Shown: one piece after another, positions 54,355-64,000 of the stretch
Layout of the letters: each line of letters opens with the position of its first letter
Numbering within the stretch: the stretch's first letter is position 1
NCBI GenBank assembly: GCA_951406725.2
Contig: OX597816.1
Location: 74,462,001-74,526,000 of the forward strand
From: Octopus vulgaris
Taxonomy: Eukaryota
DNA: 64,000 nt
Reading direction: 5' to 3'
The notes under the pieces: model-generated
Seen by the model: only the letters and a program-made list of their open reading frames with translations
The model's database searches: none
What the model was told of the DNA's origin: nothing
Made by a program: the position numbers and the translations under genes

Positions 54355-55150
54355 CACACGTATTACAAAAGTTTTAAGATTTAATTTTTAGGTGAGGAAG
54401 TTATAACTTTCCTATATTATTGCAATTTTAGCATATCAGTACTATACATCTAATAATCTGACCAGCCAACTTTTGTTATTCCACACTGAAGGAGACGGTT
54501 GTAACAGCATTTTGAATACATCCCACTGGACACTGCTTGTCACAGCTGACTAATATGCAGATTGCAGTCGGAACGCGAAGATAATTTGGAAGCTCACTAT
54601 GCAATAAAGATTTATGTTAAATTTAACAAAACCGCTACAAAAGCTTATGAAATGTTTCAAATTATTTATGGATTGTGAGTCGAGTGTCTGTTTTTCGCTG
54701 GCACAAAAGGTCAGGCAAAGCAAATCCACCAGAAAGCTTATGATGATCCCCCCTTTTCGACAGCAAGGGCAACATCTACATCAGCCGCGTTTCCCTCTAG
54801 CCAGACGGTCACCAAAGAGAACTTTGTGAAAGATTTGAGGGAGTTCAGGAAGCGATTTCGTCGAAAAGGGCCAGAGTATTCGCACTAGGACAAGGTACAA
54901 GTCCGCAATTCCATCCTGGTAACCAACTAACTGACGGAGATAAGCATCAAAACTGTTCCTCGCCCTCTCTACAGTCCAGACCGTGCTTCCTGTGACTTTT
55001 GGTTGTTCCCACAAGCTAATGGAAAAGATGGAGGAGGCTGTGATAAGGTGTCCTAGACAGCTCCACTTGCGATTATTTCCATAGAGCCTTAACGAAGTGG
55101 TTGGAGCACTACAACATGTGCATTGAAATCAGAGGATCTTATATATTTTG
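54355..55150 (+). mobile_element. Degenerate mariner remnant
   Basis: 'YAIKIYVKFNKTATKAYEMFQ' HTH and 'YSPD.ASCDFWLFP' motif in broken frames. Confidence 0.65.
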
Positions 55151-55585
55151 ATCCAGTTCAACAATACTTGAAGCTTCGTAGGTATACTCATCAGAAATAG
55201 AATTGCTTCAGATTCACGATGTAATGTGGAGCCGAGTTAAACAAAAATTAAATACACTTAACTCCAGGGAAATATACTGAGTGTTACTTTCTTTAGTTTG
55301 TTCTCTCACTCACGCACTCGTCATTCTGCATAAACTTAGAAGGACAATGTTGATGATGACTTTGACAAAGTAACCAAGCTGAAACTTCATAGTTACTGTC
55401 AATCTTATCCTTGTAAGAATAAAAAAAATATTCTACTGTAACTTACTGAATAACCTTCAATTACACGCGCGCGCACACACACACGTACACTCCACCGAGG
55501 TAAACTTTTCTTTTCGTCTTTTTGGTGGTAAAACGTGGCATATTTGTGCCCTCGTCGAAGATACTAAACATAAATAAACCTAGAA

Positions 55586-55935
55586 ATACGTGGGAGTGCT
55601 GAAAAGTTCCTGACTTTAAGGATACCGTGAAAGGGTAGTGCTGTTTACTTTACAGGTAGGTAGGACAACTGTTTTAGAGAAGACATGCAAAAAATCATGA
55701 TGGTATACAATATATCTATTTCTTTTTTTTGCAGATTTAACGCATGATGGAAGCTCCGACAGTAAATTTCGGTAAAATTGAAGCACGGTGGTCTTAAAGT
55801 TCCTGTTTTTGTGAGGCAAAGGAGCGGTAGAAATCCATGAGGAGATGAAAGAAGTCTTGAAGGATGGCTGCCGATCTTACGTCACAGGGAAAATCTGAGT
55901 GTTAAGATTTCCGACTGGTCACTTCGAGGTTACAC
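55586..55935 (+). mobile_element. mariner 5' remnant
   Basis: TIR-like 'gtgctgaaaagttcct'; 'VLKFLFL*GKGAVEIHEEMKEVLKDGC.SY.T'. Confidence 0.6.
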
Positions 55936-55951
55936 ATACAGGAAGAGTAAA

Positions 55952-56037
55952 TCTCTCTATATATAATAACACTTTGAATGTGGCTCCCGAGAAAGAGTAA
56001 AAGTAATTACCCGGTCAACGATGGGTATTACTACTAG
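55952..56037 (+). mobile_element. Miniature Helitron (86 bp)
   Basis: A|TCTCTCTATATATAA ... cccggtcaacgatggg hairpin ... CTAG|T. Confidence 0.6.
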
Positions 56038-57049
56038 TTTTCTATAAGTTTATATGTATACAGGTGTCGCAAAAACCGTTTTAAAAAGAGTTTTAGTGAA
56101 CCCTATATATATATCTTTATTTCACTGTAATCCGCAAGCGAAAACTTGGATCGACAAACTAACGCCTTTGAAAGAGATATACCACTGAATGAGGAGATAT
56201 TAGGGTTGTTAGAAGCATGTAGAAGGAGGAGGCTTTTGTGTACTTGTATTGGAAACGGTCATCTATTTAGATAGGCCATTGAAGTAGTGGAAGTAGAGAA
56301 AATTTTCGTACATAATATTAAGGTAAGATATAGCTGTACGAAAATTTTAGCAAAATTAGAAAGAACATTTCAACTGTAAGGATGACTGAACCATTTCATC
56401 TTTGCCTATTTCGTATTAATGAATATTAATGTTGTTTTTTAAGTAATGTGTTCTATTTTGTGAGCCACTGTCTTTTAATGCGTCGTTGCAATAATGAGCA
56501 GCACGATTAAAAGATTTATCGGCAGAGGTTATATCGGATATGAGTGTAGTTAACTGCCTGAGGATAGCCGGAATTCTTGTTCATTACTAGAAATTCCAAC
56601 CATCCTTCAGCAAACAGAATAACGTCAGTGAGCGCATATCCGGCATATCTTCTAACAAGGAACATTTTCATTGTTTCCATATCTCGAAAGCATTCATTGA
56701 TACAAAATCTTCGTTAACAAGAGTTGATTGTTTTATTTATGAATATATCTTTGCTCATATGTGGGTGGAAAGGTTGTGCACAGTACTGAAGAAGCAAAAA
56801 AAAAAAAAAAAAAAGTGGGGTGCGCATAATACTGAATAATTTAAAGTATTACGTATGTTTGTACATGACAATGAATGAATGAAAATGAAACGCCATTTTC
56901 CAACGGTTTACTTTCCAACCAATCAAAAATCGATGTTCTGTTAACTAATAACATCTCTATGTATTTTCAAATGTTTATATAATATCCTACTACCATATTT
57001 GTTTAATCTTTTAAACACTCGAAAACATGGAGCTCATAGTTTATGCACG

Positions 57050-57318
57050 CGCGCAGATAAACACACACACTGGTGTAGACACACACACATTGGTGTAGAC
57101 ACGCACGTACACAGGTGTAGACACGCACGCACACACAGACAGGTATAGACACACACATACATTGGTGTAGACACACACACGCATTGTTGTAGACATACAC
57201 ACGCATGGTTGTAGACATACATACGCATGGTTGTAGACACATACGCATTGGTGTAGACACCCGCACGTACACACTCGCATTGGTGTAGACACACGCACTC
57301 TCACACACGCATTGGTGT
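57050..57318. repeat. Minisatellite, variable ~20-30-bp unit with core (CAT)TGGTGTAGACAC(AC)n, ~10 copies
   Basis: Seen directly. Confidence 0.9.
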
Positions 57319-57341
57319 AATAATAATAATAATAATAATAA

Positions 57342-58215
57342 TGAGGAGGAGGCGGATGCTCCACCCACTAAGGTAGCAAAATAAGTGTGAAATATCAAGT
57401 CTAAGGCAAGGAAAACTATTGCATGGGCAATACCCCAAACGAGCTGAGGGAAACTGATGTAGATATAAGAAGAACCCTTCAGTGGCTGCAGGATGTTGGT
57501 TCGAAAGCCGAAACTGAAGGATCTATCCCAGCGGCACAAGATCAGAGTCTCCTCGGCCGGAACTATCAAGTTAATGTCACACATAATAAGGTAGACACAA
57601 AGTGTACACTCTGCAATGACAAACTTGAAAGTATTGACCACATTGTTGCCGGCTGTTCAGTCCTTGCTCCGATAGAATTTAAAACCAGGCATGACCGAGT
57701 TGGTCAATGCTTGCACTGGAGAATATACCGTCACTATGGTAACCAGCACCCCAAAAACTAGTATGAACACCATCCAGAGCCAGTCACTGACGGAGAGAAT
57801 GTTACCATACTATGGAATTATGAGATACACATAGATAGGCAAATAAATGATAACCGACCAGAAATCGTCATAAAAGACGAAAAGACAAAATACATGCCTG
57901 TTAATTGAAATGACAGTGCCTCCTGGCAGAAATATCTCAGCAAAGGAATTTGAAAAGCAGTCGAAATATAATGACTTTGGGTTGAGATACCTAGGACGTG
58001 GTAATTAAAAAACAAATTCATCCCTGTTGTAATAGGTCACCTGGGAATTATCAAAAAAGGCACTAACAAATTTTTTGACCAGATCCTTGAGAAACCAACA
58101 ATCTGAGACTCAAAAAATTATGTTGCCATCAACTGCCTACATTCTCAGGAGGTTTCTCTCCATCTAACATATACGTGCTTTAGGTAGACGAAATAAAATG
58201 CAAATCAATCGGAAA
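57342..58215 (+). mobile_element. 5'-truncated R4/Dong-clade LINE (CCHC knuckle + RLE endonuclease), flanked by (TAA)n
   Basis: ETEG..AAQDQSL..RNY, C.LC....ESIDHIVAGC, RHDRVG..LHW, ILWN, NRP.IVI.D, IPVVIG.LG; (TAA)n at 57318-57341 and 58215-58235. Confidence 0.9.
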
Positions 58216-58235
58216 ATAATAATAATAATAATAAT

Positions 58236-58610
58236 ATCTACTAAAGATAGAAAGCCTGAAATTTGTGGGGAGGCGACAAGTCGATTACATCGACCACAGG
58301 GCGTAACTGGCACTTATTTAATCGACCCCGAAAGGATGAAAGGCAAAGTCGACCTCGGCGGAATTTGAACTCAGAACGTAGCGACAGACGAAATACTTAT
58401 TTCTTTACTACCCACAAGGGGCTAAATACAGAGAGGACAAACAAGGACAGACAAACGGATTAAGCCGATTATATCAACCCCAGTGCGTAACTGGTACTGA
58501 TTTAATTAACCCCGAAAGGATGAAAGGCAATGTCAACCTCGGCGGAATTTGAACTCAGAACGTAACGGGCAGACGAAATACCGCTAAGCATTTTGCCCGA
58601 CGTGCTAAAT
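58236..58610 (-). mobile_element. Nested SINE family B pair (AAAGAAATA-tailed unit inside a TTA-tailed unit)
   Basis: Junction at ~58397. Confidence 0.88.
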
Positions 58611-58816
58611 TAATAATTAACTATATAACGCGTATGTATATGATACATATATAATATAAAACCATTCGCATTGATAGATCGCTCGCCTCTACACATTATT
58701 TTCTCTCCTTGTATCTTTCTGTGGAAGAGTGTAGGTTCGAAATGTTAAAGACTTTTTCACTTCTCGAGCGTTATACTAATACATCCGTTTGTTGTCTACA
58801 CCACTTGTCTTTGTCT

Positions 58817-58851
<35 letters not shown>

Positions 58852-58959
58852 ATTCTCCCCTAATACAAAACTATGTTAAAATACAAATCCCCAAACCGAA
58901 AAAAACACAAACATGAGCGAAGAAAGAAAAAGAGGGAAAAGACAGAAAAAGAAAGAAAA

Positions 58960-59460
58960 AACATTAATTCAACACGAAGTACTTCAAATTGGTTGCACAC
59001 CATGAGGTTCAACTGAACCTACTAAAGCAAGCCAACACGCTGGTGGCATTATCACGGGTGACGTCGTGGCTAAGGCGTTGGAACAGCCAAGCACCCCCAC
59101 GGACATCACCTAACACCTCGGTAAAGCGAATCGCCATCGATGACAAGACCTCTGCTGTTAGCAGCCCAGCCCATCCAAACGTCTCAAACGCCAAGGGCTG
59201 GAAGAAATGGTTCACTGACAAGTCCCGACACTTTCAGTGAACCATTTCTTCCGTTCAGTTACGGAAGCAGTGACTCACCCATTTACCACAGCATTCAGGA
59301 TGTGCGAGGGAGCAAAGGATTCACAGACGTCCCATATGAGACACCAATCTCTTACCAAGGGACAAAGGCTAAGACCATCTGGTCTCCTCCCATCACTTCT
59401 GGATAATCCTGCCGGCTTCAGAACTGAGGGGATATTAATCCGAATCAGGGCCCGTTTAGG
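58960..59460 (-). mobile_element. 3' fragment of a CRE-like RLE LINE
   Basis: 'LSRSDGRRPDGLSL.P....CLIWDV', 'FFQPLAFETFGW.G', 'WLFQRLS..V.R.NA.SVL'. Confidence 0.7.
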
Positions 59461-60745
59461 GATTAGGTTATACATGCTAGTAATTAATTTAATAGCCCTA
59501 GCTATAGCACTAAATTAACCCAGGTAAGAGTTAAAGACACAAGAGTAATGTAAAAAAAAAATAATTCAACCATAGTATAGGAAATCAGTTAATCGAGTAT
59601 TCAACCTGCTCCCTAATCTCCATCACTGCCTTCTCAGTCACCGAATAATAGTTATTTGAAGGTAACAAAATCCCATCCCAAACTTCAATGCCATTGTCAT
59701 TTATACGTTTGATATTGTGTTGCAAGTACTCAATGTCACTCACACTAACTTTAGTTTTGCACTAATCTATGTTTAAATAGCTTGTTGACATATTTTGTAT
59801 GAAACTGGTTTTTAAAATAATTACCCCTAAAATTTACAAGTTATCCCGAGATAATCAATGATGTGTTTAATACAAAATTAAAGAAAAAAACACTATTATA
59901 TATATATATATATATATATGCACACACACACACACACACACATTTTCACATGCATACTGAAGGATACATACAACTGACAATGATTGCTTGGAAAAGTGAG
60001 GGAGTTTCTACATGGTCATTCTATCTGCTAGAAATAATAACCAAGAAAGATAACACATTGAATTATGCATTTTTAGAGACAATATACCTGAAAAGGATTG
60101 AAATTGCCACACCTTGAACACCTTTGATCATAAGCCCGCTGGATCACACTTGCCATAGATTACATCAACCCCAGTACTCAAACTGGTACGTAGTCACTTT
60201 ATAAATCCCGAAGTGATGGAAGGCAAAGTTGACCTCAGCGGGATTTGAGCTGAACGTGCAAAGAGTCGGAAGAAACACCGCTAAGTAGTCTTCCGATGCA
60301 AAAACGATTCGGCAGGCTCGCTACCTTCTAAATAACAATTTCTGCAAAAGTGACAAAGAAAAAAGTGATAACCAACCTTCCATATGAAAAGAATTGTGAT
60401 GAGAAGTACCAATACGGAGTTTGCTTCTGCCTACTTTACCATTTGTCCTGAAATAAATTACATGAAAATAATTAGTAATGAAGATATCATTTTTCAGGAA
60501 TCGTTTTATATATGAAAAAGCATGTTATTGTTATGCATCAAGAATTTCCTTTCTTCTATGAAAAAGTATTAGGCATATATTAGAAATCTATACATATAAA
60601 TTTGACATGGGCGATTCTTTCTTGTCTTGGGATTCACGGTCAAATAGCTGGGTGGAATTGCGCGAAAAATTACACAGATGTGTAGAATGATCCGGTGGTG
60701 CTGCTGGGCTTTGTATTTTCATAGCTCCCATGACTACCGAGACAA

Positions 60746-61310
60746 TCTACTATAATAATACTCTTGTGCTTATGAATGAGAAAAGAAGGGGTAATAGATG
60801 AATAAGTAAGGAAGGGGTGATGGCATATTTTCTTCATAGGACCCATGGTTACTAAGATTATCTACTATAATAATACTCTTGTGTTCATGAATGAGAAAGG
60901 AAGGGGTGTTAGATAAGGTAGGACGGGGTGGTGTCATACTTGGTAGTGGAATGATGAAAATTGTACGCTGAAAAATAAATCAAACAGCGTTTCAACTGTG
61001 TGAATATATGTGTGTGTATGTAAAAGCTGGGTATGTGAATGTGCATGCGTATGTTTGTGTGTGTTTGTGTGCGTGTGCAATGGAAGTGGGATGGTTCATC
61101 TTTGTTCGCTTAGTATTTGGGTTTATTTTTTGATTTGGTTGAATCGTGTTTTTTTTTTTATTGGTCAGTTATTTTTAGCATTTTGACCGAAAAATGTTCT
61201 AAAATTGTTTTTTAACGTAAGCGTGCCCAAACAAGTCGAATGCTTACACGGAGCAGGTTTTATAACCACATCATTCAAACCGATCAGGTGAAACCGGGCT
61301 TAGCTGCTAG
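60746..61310 (+). mobile_element. Non-autonomous Helitron with duplicated 5' end (second TC start at 60861)
   Basis: 'tctactataataatactcttgtg' occurs twice; 3' hairpin caggtgaaaccggg and CTAG|T. Confidence 0.7.
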
Positions 61311-62539
61311 TCATTAATAAAAAGTGTTTAAGAAAAACGCATCATCTCGCATTGAATTGAAATTTGTCTTTTGTTGTTTTCAATAAGTGATAAAACCACA
61401 TTTTGAAAAAATATTTTAAAATTAAAATTTATAAGAATTTAATAGTCAGGGTAGTAAAAATTATATACTCCAAACTAATTATTAAGCAGTTTTATAATTG
61501 TATAGACAAACAAAAAAAATCATGGATATATTTTGACTTTTTACTCATCATCATTTTGTATATGTGTGTGTGTGTGTGTGTATATATATAAATATATATC
61601 CAAATAAGCAACAAGGATATCCAAGGTAGTGTAGTACAATCGTTTCATGCTACTTCATTTTATTAAACACTGAAAGTATTACATCAGTTTTAAAATGTCG
61701 AGCAATCTTCAGCCACATATAGAATTTTTAATTAAACGGACAATGCACATTCATATACTTATTTCATTTGCCAACATTCATCTGAATCTAAATTTTGATG
61801 AACTTATATATATATATATACACACACATACATATAAGAGGCTCTAATGCGTAGGTCCACATGCTAGAGATAGACGCCAAATGTCGGTAAGAACTACAAT
61901 TATTCGCTCGATTAGCACAAATTATATATACTTGTGTTAAACATTATTTATACATGCTGACTACTTGATAAAATCGTAAGATTTTATCCCTAATTATTAA
62001 GTAAATATATATATGTATATACACACACACAACGGGCTTCCTCACAGTTTCTATCTACAAGATATTGGTCGGCCCGTGGAAATAGTAGAAGACACTTGCA
62101 TAAAGTGTCGCGTAGTAAGACTAAACTCAAAACCACATAGTTGGAAACGAATTGTTTAAAAGATAGCTATACGTGTACAATATATTAACATATCCAGCTG
62201 TTATTATAAATGAGATTTAAACACAATATCTGACAAACGTCTTACCCAGCAGCCAAGTCGGTGTAAATTATTAGCTTTTCAGCACATTTCTGCAACATTA
62301 TAGCAGTCTGGTATCGCTGTGTCATTTATTAATTCAATACAGCCATGGAAAATGATGTCAGGTTTATTACGTACTATCATCATGCGACCAGTATATATAT
62401 TATAGTTTCATAGCGTTGTCGCATTGTCGTTTTCTAAGACAGGTAAAAATCGACGTTCAGACCAACTTTTAACATAGATAGAAGGTTACACATTTTGGGT
62501 AGAAGTATAGTCGAGATTACAGACATAATATCAGAGAAT

Positions 62540-62740
62540 TAAGGCAACGAGCTGGCAACATTTTTGGCTGTTCTGTCATAATGCTTAGCGACATTTCTTC
62601 CTGATCTTTACATCCTGAGTTCAAATCCTGCCCAGGTCAACTTTGCCTTTCATCCTTTCATGGTCGACAAAATAAATTACTAGAAAAGTACTGGGGTCGA
62701 TATAATTGATTTGTCACCTTCCCTCCAAAATGTTGGACTT
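62540..62740 (+). mobile_element. SINE family B, diverged (a minus-strand copy follows at ~62850-62990)
   Basis: Family B core. Confidence 0.75.
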
Positions 62741-63000
62741 GAACTCTGCAACGGACCGTCCTCCCGTTCGGTCACTTACATGCCATGGAAACCGAGTAAC
62801 AGGCCTTGCGAGTCCTAGGGCTGAAGAAAAATGATTACAAAATGAAAGAGGTGCAGTCTCCAGTACTTCTCTGATATTTGTTTTATCGGCCTTGGGAGGA
62901 TGAAAGACTAAGTCAGTCTCGGTGAGATTTGAACTTAAACCGAAAGGAATGTAACTGTAAAGTTTATCTAGCACTCAACCGATGGTCCTCCTCGTGATAA

Positions 63001-63798
63001 TCCTTTCTTTTATAGGCACAAGGCCCGAAATTTTTTTTTGGGGCGGGGACGAAATAGTCGATTACATAGATCCCAGTGCTCAACTGCTACTTATTTCATT
63101 GACCCTGAAAGAGGGAAAGCAAAGTCCACCTCGGTAGAATTTGAACTCAAAACTTGAAGACGGGCAAAATACCATTAAGCATTCACTCGGCGTGCTAATG
63201 ATTCTTATTTCTTTATTGTCCTCAAGGGGCTAAACATAGAGGGGACAAACAAGGACAAAGGGATTAAGTCGATTACATCGACCCCAGTGCATAACTGGTA
63301 CTTGATTTATCGACCCCAAAAGGATGAAAGGCAAAGTTGACCTCGGCGGAATTTGAACTCAGAACGTAGCGGCAAACGAAATACCTATTTCTTTACTACC
63401 CACAAGGGGCTAAACACAGAGGAGACAAACAAAGACAGACGGATAAAGTCGATTATATCGACCCCAGTGCGAAACTGGTACTTATTTAATCGACCCCGAA
63501 AGGATGAAAGGCAAAGTCGACCTCGGCGGAATTTGAACTCAGAACGTACAGGCAGACGAAATACCTATTTCTTTACTACCCACAAGGGGCTAAACACAGA
63601 GAGGACAAACAAGAACAGACAAACGGATTAAGTCGATTATATCGACCCTAGTGCGCAACTAGTACTTATTTAATCGACCCCGAAAGGATGAAAGGCAAAG
63701 TTAACCTCGGCGGAATTTGTACTCAGAACGTAGCGGCAGACGAAATACAGCTAAGCATTTCGCCCGGCGTGCTAACGTTTCTGCCAGCTCGCCGCCTT
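63001..63798 (-). mobile_element. Tandem/nested array of four SINE family B units (180-bp period)
   Basis: Junctions at ~63205, 63385/6, 63565/6; one complete head at 63798 and one different (TTA-type) tail at 63001; possible outer TSD tcgtgataa. Confidence 0.92.
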
Positions 63799-64000
63799 TC
63801 TTTTCGTGATAAGGACATTACATCTCACCTACTTGCGGCTACTTTTCTCAACACTACTTTTGTCTGTCCCAGGGTCATCAGTACAAGAGAGGTGAAAATA
63901 GAAGACTATTTTCACCTCTCTACGTTTTCGCACCTAAATCTGTTGAAACTCTCCGTAGATACGAAAAACGTTATTGAAGGATTTAGACAAGACTCTTATT

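Noticed and set aside
57050-57318. CRISPR-like repeat-spacer appearance
   Set aside because: Spacers are short (CA)n variants, there are no cas genes, and the context is eukaryotic; it is a minisatellite
59452-59520. Telomere-like ttaggg/ccctag motifs beside the CRE-like fragment
   Set aside because: Only one or two degenerate units; insufficient to claim telomeric targeting
53049-63880. Possible minus-strand exons at ~53049-53097, ~60377-60448 and ~63833-63880 with compatible phases
   Set aside because: No recognisable homology or domain; such splice-like signals arise by chance; needs RNA-seq

Overview
Eukaryotic, AT-rich, repeat-dense DNA. The SINE/LINE repertoire looks like an octopod cephalopod (Octopus-like; inferred from recalled repeat families, not from a search). 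There is no prokaryotic content and no CRISPR. Host genes: (i) six phase-compatible + strand exons (803-11464) encoding the N-terminal armadillo-like region of cytosolic carboxypeptidase 1 (AGTPBP1/CCP1/Nna1), with no further exons found after a 100-N scaffold gap at 12250-12349; (ii) a tentative minus-strand gene with a calcium-binding EGF exon (49679-49828) and short exons that would add a stalk, transmembrane helix and tail (34.3, 32.3, 28.7, 25.8 kb). A RACK1 processed pseudogene with 5' inversion and an 8-bp target-site duplication (TSD) lies at 42.5-43.0 kb. 12.3-25.6 kb is a block of four CR1/L2-group LINEs separated by long (TA)n tracts, parts of which are peppered with TATA substitutions. 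The rest is tRNA-derived SINEs, fragments of RTE, Dong/R4, HERO-like and CRE-like LINEs, Tc1/mariner remnants, non-autonomous Helitrons and MITEs. The most interesting signals are a SINE subfamily that carries a tail borrowed from an L1/Tx1-like element and repeatedly sits inside its own family's head, the (TA)n-flanked LINE cluster whose 3' end is shared with another SINE family, and the inverted RACK1 retrocopy. Most ORFs in the supplied track are microsatellite or repeat artefacts. All coordinates were read by eye.
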